A stretch of 64,000 nt of DNA from an uncultured Acidobacteriota bacterium (GCA_963819365.1 CAWFVY010000005.1:8809-72808), one strand, 5' to 3'; counted from the stretch's first letter, positions 51,721 through 62,189 are shown. Numbers and translations are program-made. Notes: a model not told the origin generated them from the letters alone.

Positions 51721-52458
51721 TTATGGAACGAACTTGTACCCCGCTCCGTAGATCGTCAGAAGATAACGCGGGTTCGCGGGATCGGGCTCGAGCTTCTGGC
51801 GGAGTTTCAGCATCTGGTTATCAACGGTTCGCGTGGTTGGATAGCAGTTATATCCCCATACCTCATTGAGTAACTCTTCGCGGCTTAGCACGCGCTCCGC
51901 ATTATCGGTGAAAAACTTCAGCAGCTTGAACTCGTGAGAAGTGAGAGTAACCAGCTGCCCCCCGCGCGACACCGTCATCTTCTTGAAATCCACTTCGCAG
52001 TCCGCAAAACGATATGTGCTCGACGTTGTAGGCCGGCGGCGGCGACGAATGGCTGCCTGCACGCGCGCCATCAGTTCGCGGGGACTGAAGGGCTTGGTGA
52101 CATAGTCATCGGCGCCAAGCTCCAGAAGAAGAACCTTGTCCACCACTTCAGAAATTGCGCTGACAACGACGACAGGCGTTTCGGGCGATGCCGCCTTGAA
52201 CTTCTGGCATAACTCGCGGCCTGAGATGTGCGGAAGAATCAAGTCAAGAACGACAGCCAGTGGCTTCCGCGAGTGGAAGAGGTCCAGCGCAGACTGTCCA
52301 TCTCCGGCAGTAGCAACGTCATACTGCTCAGCAGAAAACATGCGCTGCAACACACGCTGCATGCGCGGGTCGTCTTCAACGATCAGAATGGTTCCGATTT
52401 CCTGCAACGGCAAAGCCTGCCTTGTCTCGCCAGAGTAAACCTGCACGTCCCGGATCAT
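51721..52458 (-). CDS. OmpR-family response regulator
   Basis: ILIVEDD, LDLILP, GADDYVTKPF, RTVDNQMLKLRQK, YGAGYKF. Confidence 0.93.
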   Translation of the reverse strand: MIRDVQVYSGETRQALPLQEIGTILIVEDDPRMQRVLQRMFSAEQYDVATAGDGQSALDLFHSRKPLAVVLDLILPHISGRELCQKFKAASPETPVVVVSAISEVVDKVLLLELGADDYVTKPFSPRELMARVQAAIRRRRRPTTSSTYRFADCEVDFKKMTVSRGGQLVTLTSHEFKLLKFFTDNAERVLSREELLNEVWGYNCYPTTRTVDNQMLKLRQKLEPDPANPRYLLTIYGAGYKFVP

Positions 52459-52542
52459 GGCTTCATTCTCCCTCGAAGAAACACGAATAAATCATCTGTT
52501 CTATAGAAATGACATTCCCGTTACATTTAGCTCGCACGGAAC

Positions 52543-53724
52543 TTACTCACAACCACGCACAATCTGCCCTTGTTGGGTTGGCCGTAGCATACCAGAAACC
52601 GAGATGCCGCGACACGACAATCTCCCGTAGAAATCAACGTACTTCTGTGCAATAAATCGCGAAGAGAGATGGGGCATCACAATCGCGCCCGGCCGCGGCA
52701 GCACAAGTACCGCGCGAATGGCGTCAGCGTAACGGCCGATCGATCCTTCGCCGCCGTCCACGTAATGACACAGGTCGCCGCCAATCTCTCTGAACGCAGG
52801 TATGTCGGAGCAAACCACCGGGCATCCGGCCAGCAGCGCCTCCGCAATCGGAAGCCCGAACCCCTCAGTGATCGACGGCGCCAGCAACAGCTTGCAGTGC
52901 CGATAGCACCATTGCAACTGGGCGTCGGATAGGCCGCTCGTCAGCAGCACGTTCGATTCGAGTTTCAGGCTGCGAATCTGATCGCGAATACTGGCCGTCT
53001 CCGGCCCCGCGATGCCGACCACTACAAGCTGTGTGGCGCTCGAAACCATTCTCCGCTGAATAAGCCGCCCGAATATTCCCAGAGCAAGGCCAATGTTCTT
53101 GTTCCTGCGGTGTTGCGCCACACACAGCAAAAAGTCGCGCCCGGGTGGAACCAGATGGAATGCATCCGCGTGTGAACACCGATCGGGCTCCACAATATTG
53201 CAGATCGTCTCAGCCTTGTGCAGCTCTCTGGGGAACCACGCCTCCAGCCTGATTCTGGTGCTCTCGGAAACACACGCAATCCCATCGACATGGCGAATGC
53301 ACTGAGCCATAATCCGCCGAGTAACTGTGCTCTTGAATCGGCCGAAGTTCTCCGGGATATCGAAAGAGTACAAATCGTGCAGGCTCACAACCGTGCTGCA
53401 GCGGAACGCACCGGCCCTCAGCGGAACGCAACACGCGAAGTGCACCACGTGCACCCCGAGCTGTGTCGCGATCTGCGGCAGCTCCCGGTAATACCAGTGA
53501 AGACGGCTGAAATTGGAATCGCCAAGCGTGACATAGTGCGCGTGAAAACGCGAATCAGCGCGCTCGCATGTCCTGCGGAACATCTCCTTCTGCCACGAGC
53601 CCGCGACGAAATGCAGCTCGGAGACGGAGCTCGTCTGCAGCAGAGCAGTCGTCAGATTGGCAGCGTGACGCGACACTCCGTTCATGTGCACCGGTGCCGA
53701 TACAGCCGCGATTAGAATCTTCAC
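52543..53724 (-). CDS. GT4 glycosyltransferase
   Basis: HDLYSF, RNKNI, EGFGLPIAEALLAGCPVVCSDIPAFRE. Confidence 0.9.
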   Translation of the reverse strand: MKILIAAVSAPVHMNGVSRHAANLTTALLQTSSVSELHFVAGSWQKEMFRRTCERADSRFHAHYVTLGDSNFSRLHWYYRELPQIATQLGVHVVHFACCVPLRAGAFRCSTVVSLHDLYSFDIPENFGRFKSTVTRRIMAQCIRHVDGIACVSESTRIRLEAWFPRELHKAETICNIVEPDRCSHADAFHLVPPGRDFLLCVAQHRRNKNIGLALGIFGRLIQRRMVSSATQLVVVGIAGPETASIRDQIRSLKLESNVLLTSGLSDAQLQWCYRHCKLLLAPSITEGFGLPIAEALLAGCPVVCSDIPAFREIGGDLCHYVDGGEGSIGRYADAIRAVLVLPRPGAIVMPHLSSRFIAQKYVDFYGRLSCRGISVSGMLRPTQQGQIVRGCE

Positions 53725-53733
53725 GTTCTTACC

Positions 53734-54018
53734 TCAAATCGATGAGCCGGGACCGGCCTCTGAAACAAAACCTTCAGTTGCGGCGAAATCCAGTTGAAAC
53801 CGCGACTCACCACTCCGGTCTAACTGAAGAACGATCGTCGCGATGATCCAGATTGGTAGCAGCAGATCAAAAGGCTCGGCTTCCGCAAATCCGCGGATGA
53901 TGACAAACACCACCAGCGACAGCAGAACAAGCCGCTCAGAAGGATTGCCGATCACACGCAGCCGTCTACAGAGCGTGCTGTAAATCGCGCCGGACCGCAC
54001 TGTCCCCCCGCCGCTCAC
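53734..54018 (-). pseudogene. Probable C-terminal remnant of an O-antigen ligase/Wzy-like gene
   Basis: Only ~94 codons with the last two TMs (LLSLVVFVIIRGFAEAEPFDLLLPIWIIATIV); no RBS/ATG; sits between wzz-like and GT4 genes. Confidence 0.4.
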
Positions 54019-55325
54019 TCCGCCCTCCTCAGGAATCGCGAACCCCGCCGCATCAGGCCGCGCACCTCTTCCATCACCTCGGTCGCAAATGCCTTGCGCG
54101 GATCATCCACACCTACAAACCGCCAATGCTCTCTGAAAATAAGAAGGGCCGACAACCCCAGAAAAAACAGCAGCGTGAGCGCCAGCGTCAAAACCGCTCT
54201 CGGCGGAAAGTCCTTCTTCTCCGGAACTCCCGGCGCATCGATAATCTCCACCGCCGGAACATCCTTCGCCTCCTGAATCCGCGCCACCTCATGCTGCTGA
54301 GTCAGCAGATCGTACACCGTCTCCTTTACGCGCACTTCGCGATAGAGATTCGCGAAAGGAACAGCAAGCCGCGGCACTTGGCGCAGCGGAAGATAAGACT
54401 CCGGATGATCCGATCCCGTCGCCGAAGCCGGCGCCAGCGGAGCGGCCGACCCACCCATCTTCTCCAGTTCCCTTTTGAGGCTCGCCACGCGGGCGCCGGC
54501 TTCACGCACGCGTATATTGCCATCTCCGTACACCTGCCGCAGAGAATCCAGTTCGCCCTGTGCCGCGATCAGTTGCCCCTGGATCCTCGCCTCCGATTCG
54601 ACAGTAGCCTTCGCCTGCTCAGGCAGATCGATCGTTGAATTCTTGCTTGAGAACTCGCTCAGCGCCTCCTGTGCTTTTTCCAGTTGCGACTTCACATCGG
54701 CGAGCCTTGCCTCAATAAATGTCCTCTCCTGGTGTGCGGACGACGTACTGGTGCGATTCACAATCGCATTCAACTGATCGAGATAGGCCTGCGCCATGTC
54801 GCGCGCCCGCACCGGATCCTCATCCTTCACTGACAGCGTAATGACACCGCTCTTCTTGTCCTGCGCAATCGTTGTGTTCCGCACAAGACGCTTGATAGCG
54901 TCGACTTTGTAGCGCTTGTGATAGACATGCTGCAGTTGGAAACGATCGACTAGCACTGCAGTCACCGAGTCGCTGCGCAGCAAATCGATAAACAGAGCTC
55001 CGCTGTGGTACGACCCCATGAGACTCGCCGCCAGCCCGCTCAGTAATTCGCCTTGCATCGAGCGCCCCGCCAGCGACGCAAGCAATGCCGAACTCGTATT
55101 TCCGCTCTCCGGCGGCATGATCCGCGCCTGCGACACATACGTCTTGGGAATCAGAAAAACGATGATCAGACTGACCACCAGCGCAATACCCGTCCCCTTC
55201 ATCACAAATCTGCGGTGAGCCCAGACGGTGCGAAGGTTATCAACCCAATTCGGCGCAGTTGGACTCCCGAGCGCAAACTCTGCTTCGCGCTCAGACAGAC
55301 CAACAATGGGATCTCGCGTAATCAT
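54015..55325 (-). CDS. Wzz/GumC-like polysaccharide chain-length determinant
   Basis: N-terminal TM + PKTYVSQARIMPP, coiled coil, C-terminal IIDAPGVPEKKDFPPR + TM. Confidence 0.85.
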   Translation of the reverse strand: MITRDPIVGLSEREAEFALGSPTAPNWVDNLRTVWAHRRFVMKGTGIALVVSLIIVFLIPKTYVSQARIMPPESGNTSSALLASLAGRSMQGELLSGLAASLMGSYHSGALFIDLLRSDSVTAVLVDRFQLQHVYHKRYKVDAIKRLVRNTTIAQDKKSGVITLSVKDEDPVRARDMAQAYLDQLNAIVNRTSTSSAHQERTFIEARLADVKSQLEKAQEALSEFSSKNSTIDLPEQAKATVESEARIQGQLIAAQGELDSLRQVYGDGNIRVREAGARVASLKRELEKMGGSAAPLAPASATGSDHPESYLPLRQVPRLAVPFANLYREVRVKETVYDLLTQQHEVARIQEAKDVPAVEIIDAPGVPEKKDFPPRAVLTLALTLLFFLGLSALLIFREHWRFVGVDDPRKAFATEVMEEVRGLMRRGSRFLRRAE

Positions 55326-55330
55326 CGTCC

Positions 55331-58324
55331 TTACAACCCCACCACCGCGGCGGCAAACGTAATCGAAGCGGCCACCTGCGCGGTCGCCAGAAGATTGCGC
55401 CACACCACCGACGCTCCCTGAATCTTTTGCGGAACCACAACCGTATCGCCCGCGTTCAGCTTCGTCGACAAAACATCGTGACTCGAGTGCCGCCCGATAA
55501 CCTCCCCGTTGGCGCGGATGATGAAGACATGCTTGCGGTCGGCAGTCGGCGATGCCCCGCCCGCCTTCTGCAGATACCACTCCGCAGTCTGATCCGGTAA
55601 GTAAGTGATCGCCGACGCGTTGTAGACCTGTCCGCTCACCAGCACAAATCCCGGCCGCTTCGGAACCTTCAACACATCGCCGCGCCTCACTTCGATATCC
55701 GCCGCTGTGCCCGCCCAGCTATTCACGTCCGTGGTAATGTGGATGACCAGCCTGCCGGTTGCAGGCCGGCTCTTGAGCTGCGTCAGCACCTGGTCGCGCT
55801 GCTCCTGAATCGATTGCAGCGATGCGCTCTGATCGCCCGTGGCTCCGCGGGATGACAGCCGAGCTGCCGCCGAACTCGTCTCGATCTGCCGAATCAGTTC
55901 CTGGCGGCTCTTCTCTTCCAGCACCGCGACTTCAGGCCGTGTCAGCACCGCTCCTTCTGGATACGCGCTGTCACGGAACCCACCTGCGCGCTTCAGAACG
56001 TCGCTCAGGTGTTCGCCCTCCTGGAACCCGTAGCTGCCCGGATGCGCAACCTCTCCGTCAATCGTGATCGAAGCGCCCACATCGCTCCAGCCGCTCAGTT
56101 GGTGCACCGTGATCACGTCGCCGGCCTTCAACGGCACGTCCGCCGCGCGATCGTCCTTCAGAACCGCGGCTCCAATTAAAACATCGCGCCGGCTCACCGA
56201 AACCCTGGAGCCGTTCACTACCTCATAGCTGGTAAGATCGGCGCGGCTCAGCAGAGCATCGCGCTTGAATCCTCCCGCGGTTCGCACCAGTTGCGAAGCC
56301 GTCATGCCCTCAAACAGGGGATACGCGCCCGGGTGCTGCACCTCCCCGTGAATCGTGACCGTCGGCGCATCCTGTTCGTAGCGGCCAAAAACCCTCACCG
56401 TATCGAAGGGCTGCAGACTCAATGCGAAGTTTCCGATCAGAACATCTGGAACGTTGAACTCGATTGTCTCGGGATGCATATCCGGTGCAACCAGCCGCAC
56501 CACCTCACCCGTGTCCGCCGGCTCCGGAAGCATGTCGCCGTAACTACGCAACACATCGGAGATGCGCATGTTGTCGCGGTACGCAATCCTCCCGGGCCGC
56601 GCCACATGCCCCTGCAGATACACCACTCTCTCGCTGGTTGGCAGCACCGACGCAACGTGAACGCGATCACCGTCCTTCACCGCGAATTGAGCAAGCCGCC
56701 CCATCGTGACAGCCGGATTCTCATTCACATCGGCATTCAAGCCAATCTCCTGGCGTCCCTCATTGGCAATCACTCGATCGACGGTGATATGCGTCAGCGC
56801 CGCCGCAACCGTCACGCCGCCGGCATTCTCCAGAACCTCGGCAAGGTTCTTCTCCGATCGCAACTCATAAATCGCGGGCCGCTTCACTGCGCCGAAGATC
56901 GCAACCTGAGGTCCCACCGGCGGAACCAGAAGTGTGTCGCCGCTCTGCAACTGGGCGTGCCCATCCCTCAGTCCATGCAGCATGAAATCGTAGAGATCAA
57001 TATCGCCAATCAGTTTCTCGCCGCGCAGATGACGAAGAATTCTGAGCGACCCAATCGCTGTCGGCCCGCCCGCGGCATAAAGCGCGCTCACCGGCGATGC
57101 AACGGAGCTGATCTCGTAGGAACCGGGCCGCTGCACGTCTCCCACAACAAAGATGCGTATCGTTCTAAGACGGCCCGTCGTTACCGCAACGCGCGCATTT
57201 CGATATTGAGAACGCAGCGCATCCGCGATCACTGCCTGTGCCCGTTCCATCGTTAGCCCCGCCACCTGCACCACGCCGGCCTCAGGCAGCGCCACGCCGC
57301 CGTCGCGATTCACAACGCGCACCAGGTTCTCTGCCACGCCTCCCCAGATGTTGATGCTTAACTCATCACCCGGGCCGAGCACGTAATCCGGTCCCACCGG
57401 AACATCCAGCGTGGTCAGCCCTTCATTCGGAGCCAGCGGCGACTTGCGGCTCCCGGCACGCATGACAAATACGTCCGAGCCAAATCGCTTCAAATGCTCC
57501 GGCATATCCGGCACCTGCGTGTAGAGATCCCTTAACGCGAGCAGGTTGTACGGCGCGCGCCGCCTCAATACCTCGGGTTCATCCGTAACATTATGCGAAG
57601 GCTTTTGCGCTTCACTCTCGGTCGCCTCCCGCTGGCTCGTCTGCTGCTGGCTCACCGTCTGCGAGCCTTGCATCCGCGACCGCGCCGTGCGTTGATTGCG
57701 TTGCGGCTCTTGCGAAAGGCTGCCGCCGTTGGCCTGCTGTAGGCCCAAAGCCGTACTAGTGTCCAAATCTTGCCTGTCCAGCCCTTGCCCATTCAGGTCT
57801 TGCCCATTCAGGTCTTGCCCGGAACTCATCCCGGCCCCAACCTGGTTATTCTGCTGACGAACAATCGCAGACTGAACCTGTTCTTCCGTGATGTATCCAC
57901 GTGACAGCAGAAAACGAGTGACCGTCTTCCGCAGGCCTGCGCTCGATTGGATGTAGTTATTGACCTGTTCATCCGTCATCGCGTCCGCGGTCACCGTCGT
58001 GCCCTGCTGTTCGAGAAAGTCCGCCACCACCGGCTTCACTTCCACCATGGCCTCGGAATTGTTTTTGAGCATCAGGATCAGATCGGCCGCGGGCGCCGCG
58101 GGCGTTGCCGAGTCGCTCTGTTCCTGAACCCCCATCGTCTCAAGATCCGAGGAATCGCGCGGCGCAAGCGCCGGTGATTCAGGCAGCGTGGAGCTCTGTC
58201 CATGAGCCTGCTGCGCCAGCGTCAGGCACCCCAGTGTTAGCAGCAGACACGCACAGCCGGCAGCGGTGATGGAGCGCGTCTGTTTCGTCTGGTCATCGCT
58301 TCCCCCCGATGGCACCTTCGTCAT
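55331..58324 (-). CDS. SLBB-domain polysaccharide export protein (Wza/KpsD-like)
   Basis: PDYVLGPGDELSINIWG, repeated V.G.V..PG SLBB units; RBS GGAGGAAAGCG-ATG at 58324; in frame with the upstream nucleotidyltransferase. Confidence 0.85.
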   Translation of the reverse strand: MTKVPSGGSDDQTKQTRSITAAGCACLLLTLGCLTLAQQAHGQSSTLPESPALAPRDSSDLETMGVQEQSDSATPAAPAADLILMLKNNSEAMVEVKPVVADFLEQQGTTVTADAMTDEQVNNYIQSSAGLRKTVTRFLLSRGYITEEQVQSAIVRQQNNQVGAGMSSGQDLNGQDLNGQGLDRQDLDTSTALGLQQANGGSLSQEPQRNQRTARSRMQGSQTVSQQQTSQREATESEAQKPSHNVTDEPEVLRRRAPYNLLALRDLYTQVPDMPEHLKRFGSDVFVMRAGSRKSPLAPNEGLTTLDVPVGPDYVLGPGDELSINIWGGVAENLVRVVNRDGGVALPEAGVVQVAGLTMERAQAVIADALRSQYRNARVAVTTGRLRTIRIFVVGDVQRPGSYEISSVASPVSALYAAGGPTAIGSLRILRHLRGEKLIGDIDLYDFMLHGLRDGHAQLQSGDTLLVPPVGPQVAIFGAVKRPAIYELRSEKNLAEVLENAGGVTVAAALTHITVDRVIANEGRQEIGLNADVNENPAVTMGRLAQFAVKDGDRVHVASVLPTSERVVYLQGHVARPGRIAYRDNMRISDVLRSYGDMLPEPADTGEVVRLVAPDMHPETIEFNVPDVLIGNFALSLQPFDTVRVFGRYEQDAPTVTIHGEVQHPGAYPLFEGMTASQLVRTAGGFKRDALLSRADLTSYEVVNGSRVSVSRRDVLIGAAVLKDDRAADVPLKAGDVITVHQLSGWSDVGASITIDGEVAHPGSYGFQEGEHLSDVLKRAGGFRDSAYPEGAVLTRPEVAVLEEKSRQELIRQIETSSAAARLSSRGATGDQSASLQSIQEQRDQVLTQLKSRPATGRLVIHITTDVNSWAGTAADIEVRRGDVLKVPKRPGFVLVSGQVYNASAITYLPDQTAEWYLQKAGGASPTADRKHVFIIRANGEVIGRHSSHDVLSTKLNAGDTVVVPQKIQGASVVWRNLLATAQVAASITFAAAVVGL

Positions 58325-59563
58325 CGCTTTCCTCCATCGCGCCGACTCAATCGCGATACGAACACCCTCGACAACGTGAAAACGCAGCCGTCTGAGGAAA
58401 TACTTTGTCTCAATCGAATAGCGCTCGAAACGATCCCGCGTCGATTCATCCGCCGCAGGCTCCATGATTCGAAACGGCGGGCGCAGCGGGAACAGAACAC
58501 TGCGTGTGCTTCGCGCGGCTCCGGGCAACGTTGCACTCTGCTTGCTCAGCAGGGCGTAATACTTGGTGCTGGTCGCGTCGGACAGCAGCACCCGATGCGC
58601 ATAACGCGCCAGCCACATTCTCACGCCCTCGGGCAAACGCTCTGCTCCGCTGCGCTCGGCGGCGTCAATGTGCAGCGGCCCAATCACCTTATCTGAAAGC
58701 CACAGCGCCACCGTCAAAGCCAGGTCGCCATTGGGCATCCTTGACGCAATCGCCTTTACGTCGTTCCAGAAGCGGACGTCTCCCCGCCGCACGTCAACAT
58801 GCCTGCGAAATTCAAGTACCCACGAGAGCCTGGTGTGCTCGCCGCATAAATGCTTCAGCAGATGCGTTGCCTGCTGCAGAAGAATATCGGGAGCGGAAAG
58901 TGTCGAGAAGTGAAGCCCCGCAATCTCTCGCGTGCTGCGCCGCTCAAGCAGCTCTGAGTCATTCTCGGCAACATGCACCTCCAGCGCCCGCTGCGTGTGA
59001 ACCGAATAGATCTTCGCGATGTCCGGCCTTCCCGCCACTCCCGCCCTGAACTCAAGAGTCCTTCCTGCATCCGCATGCCGCGCGTATCCCAGGCGGCCGA
59101 TAAAGTATTGCGCGGCCCGCAGGTTCCCGCGTGCCACCAGAAAGTCGAGATCCGTCTGCCAACGCAGCGCCGCATCCGGAACCGAGTCTGGCGTCAGCGT
59201 AAAGCCCTTCAGCAATGCGTAGGCCATCCCCGCCGCATCGAACCAGCTCGCAATCAACTCGGCTTCCTTCATCAATGCCTGTGTGCGAATCCGGTTCCGC
59301 GCCTCCCTGTCCTCCAGCGCATCCAGCACCGGCCTGGGAACCGCGCCGGCAGCGCTCGCCGACCGCACCAGCTCAAGCAGATACAAAGCCATTCCGCTGA
59401 TGTCGAGCCACCACATCACCCCGCGCCATTCGTCTTCATCAAATCCATCCAGCACGCTGAAGACTTCGTGCGCGGGCTTCGCGAAGGCCGCGACAATGGC
59501 CCTCTTCAGCTCGTAGACGCGCTCTGCCCTGATACCTCGGTTATGCATCGAAGACATATTCAT
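58318..59563 (-). CDS. Uncharacterised nucleotidyltransferase (NTP_transf_5-like)
   Basis: YALLKG, RWQTDLDFLV, LEVH, LSAPDILLQQATH...LSWVLEF. Confidence 0.82.
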
Positions 59564-59569
59564 CCCAGT

Positions 59570-60040
59570 TCAGTGGCTGTACATTTCCGGTTCGCCCACG
59601 CTACCTCCCGGGGGAAGATGACGCAGATAAACGACGATCGACCAGATCTCGTCGTCACTCAGAATCCCTTTGGATCCAGGCATGCCCGAAGGCCAGAGGC
59701 CGTTGTCAATCACCCACTTCAACTGCCCGTCCGTATACTGCTGCACCTCTTTCGAAGTCAGCAACGGAACCGGCGGCGACATGCGGCTTGCAAACGGCAC
59801 CCCGGTGTTCTGCCCATCCAGCCCATGACACGCGGCGCAATAATGACCGAACGCTTCCTTCCCATCGGCAATGCTCTCGGCCGTCGTCGCGATCGGGTTC
59901 TTCTGCTTCTTGTCGCCCACCAGCATATGGTGCTTGGCGCTCCACATCGTTCGCACCTCAGCCCCTCCCGGCGGAGTCGCCTTGCACCCGCAAACCAAAA
60001 CACTCACCGCCGCCATCACAATACAAACTACGTACTTCAT
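59570..60040 (-). CDS. c-type cytochrome (lipoprotein)
   Basis: CAACHG heme motif, TDGQLKWVIDNG...GMP...WSIVVYLR. Confidence 0.9.
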   Translation of the reverse strand: MKYVVCIVMAAVSVLVCGCKATPPGGAEVRTMWSAKHHMLVGDKKQKNPIATTAESIADGKEAFGHYCAACHGLDGQNTGVPFASRMSPPVPLLTSKEVQQYTDGQLKWVIDNGLWPSGMPGSKGILSDDEIWSIVVYLRHLPPGGSVGEPEMYSH

Positions 60041-60409
60041 CTAACCAACCACGTGCAGGGTTAGCGCCATGGTCCCGTGTCCCTCGCCGCAGAACACAAT
60101 GCAGTGGCCCACAAAGTCTCCCACCTTGTCGGGAGTGAATTGAACCTGGCCGGTTCCTCCCTTTGAAACCTTCAGTTCCACGCCCAGCTCGCGAAAGCGC
60201 AGCCCGTGCGGCACGTCTGAGCTCTTCAGCACCAGCACCACAGGCTCTCCCTTTTTGAGAGTGATCACCGCCGGATCGAATGCAAATCGCTTCGCTGAAA
60301 TCTCCACGCGCCGTGGGCCCGCGGCCGCGGCCGCCGGCTCTGATTGAAGACGAACTCCCGGGATCACCAATGCGGCCGAGATAATGATTAGGAGCAGTAT
60401 CTTTTTCAT
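60041..60409 (-). CDS. Cupredoxin (cytochrome c oxidase subunit II C-terminal-like)
   Basis: DVPHG...GHCIVFCGEGHGTM CuA-type ligand set. Confidence 0.85.
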   Translation of the reverse strand: MKKILLLIIISAALVIPGVRLQSEPAAAAAGPRRVEISAKRFAFDPAVITLKKGEPVVLVLKSSDVPHGLRFRELGVELKVSKGGTGQVQFTPDKVGDFVGHCIVFCGEGHGTMALTLHVVG

Positions 60410-60654
60410 AAATCTCCCAAAACTCGATAACGAAATGAGTTCAGAAAAGCATTGAACGTGTCCTCAACTTAGTTCGCGCCCTCTGGCCGGGTGTCATGTG
60501 TGTGTCAGTGGATTGTCATGGCATTGTCGCCGCTGATTCCCAACGAGATGCACAGCACTTTGCGCCCCGCGTTCCAGGGTGAAGTGACAATCCGCTTACA
60601 TTCACAAGACCCCCTTCTGACACACCTGCACCCGTTTCGCGCGACCCTGAACAC

Positions 60655-61707
60655 ATGTCGAGATTCTTCCGTCATCGTCACGGGCCGCAAACAACCAGCT
60701 TCATCGGCATCCTCGCCTGCGCCTCCCTCTTTCTGTCCATACAGAACGCCGGCGCGCAGGAAGTCCCCCTCATCTCCGGTGGGATTGGCTTTGTCACCAG
60801 CACCAACGGCGGCAACACCACCTACCTTCCTGTCGTCTCGCCGCTGCTGGCCGCGCCGCTCGGCAGCCACGTGCTCGTTGAGAGCCGCGCCACCATTCTG
60901 CAGCGCTTTTTCCCAAGGCCCGGGCAGGGATACGATCACGATGCCTTCCTTGGCCTCGACTACCTTCAGGCCGACATCACCGCCAACCGCCATCTCGCCG
61001 TCGTCGCCGGGCAATTCCTCATCCCGTTCGCCACCTACAACGAGCGCCTGACGCCCATCTGGATCGGCAACTTCGAAAGTGCGCCGCTCATCTTCAGCCT
61101 GGGCACAATGCAAACTACGCACAGTGTCGGCGGAATGCTGCGTGGCTCCGTCGCATCGAACGCCCACTTCAACCTCGATTACGCGGCCTACTTCTCCGCG
61201 GCCAGCACCAACGAGCAGTTCAACGCGCAACGCTCGTCCGGCGGACGCGGCAGCCTCTACCTTCCCGCGGCCCATCTTGAAATCGGCGGCTCCTACAACC
61301 GCCTCCTCCAGGGCACGCACGAAAACTTCGGCGGCGTCCACCTCTGGTGGGAGCCCGCCGACTCCGCCTTCCGCCTACGCTCCGAGTTCGCCAGCGGCGA
61401 GCACGCACGCGGCTACTGGATCGAGGCAGGCTACCGGCTGAATCGGTTCGGTGGCGACCATCGCATCCTCGCCGGCTTCGAGCCGCTGATCCGTATGCAG
61501 CAGACCTTCCGCTCCCAGCCCGACCCCAACGACGGCCTCCCCGCGGCGAACACGCAGCAACCGGACTTCGGCCTCGATTACCACTTTCCCCACGAGATTC
61601 GAATCAACACCAGTTACTCGCGCCAGTTCTCATCAACGGGCAATCGCAATCTCTGGCAAACCGGAATCATCTATCGATTCCTATTCCCCACATGGAGAGG
61701 CAAATGA
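60655..61707 (+). CDS. Putative outer-membrane beta-barrel protein
   Basis: Signal peptide, alternating aromatic beta strands, C-terminal IIYRFLFP. Confidence 0.65.
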   Translation: MSRFFRHRHGPQTTSFIGILACASLFLSIQNAGAQEVPLISGGIGFVTSTNGGNTTYLPVVSPLLAAPLGSHVLVESRATILQRFFPRPGQGYDHDAFLGLDYLQADITANRHLAVVAGQFLIPFATYNERLTPIWIGNFESAPLIFSLGTMQTTHSVGGMLRGSVASNAHFNLDYAAYFSAASTNEQFNAQRSSGGRGSLYLPAAHLEIGGSYNRLLQGTHENFGGVHLWWEPADSAFRLRSEFASGEHARGYWIEAGYRLNRFGGDHRILAGFEPLIRMQQTFRSQPDPNDGLPAANTQQPDFGLDYHFPHEIRINTSYSRQFSSTGNRNLWQTGIIYRFLFPTWRGK

Positions 61708-62003
61708 GTCGTCGCGCTCTGTTCGTCGTCCCCGCCTGTGCGCTTGCGGCGCTGTTGCCGCTCATCGCACAAAAGGGCCCATCACCAAAATCGAACGCCG
61801 CCCACCCCGAGACCGCGCAGCCCGCGCAGAAGGCCGATGAGCCTGAAGGCCAACGCATCTTCCGCCAGAACTGCGCCCGCTGTCACGACGCGCCCCAGGG
61901 ATTTCCGGCCCAGGTGTCCGGAACCGTCCTCCGTCACATGCGTATCCGCGCATCACTGAGCCAGAAGGACGAAAAGGCGCTCATGCAATTCATGAACCCC
62001 TAG
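61704..62003 (+). CDS. Small c-type cytochrome
   Basis: Signal peptide and CARCH; start overlaps the upstream stop. Confidence 0.85.
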   Translation: MSRRALFVVPACALAALLPLIAQKGPSPKSNAAHPETAQPAQKADEPEGQRIFRQNCARCHDAPQGFPAQVSGTVLRHMRIRASLSQKDEKALMQFMNP

Positions 62004-62189
62004 ACCAAACCGCGAGTTGATTTGGCAGCTTTGTAACAACTGCACGACTTCACAGCTTGCCGAAAAACTCGATCGGACGGTAGGCCGGGGATTTATCCCC
62101 GGCACGAGGCACGCAGAATCATCGGGGCTTTAGCCCCTGCAAAACACAACGGCTTCACAACCGCTTCGCACGAGGTTAAAAGACAAATC

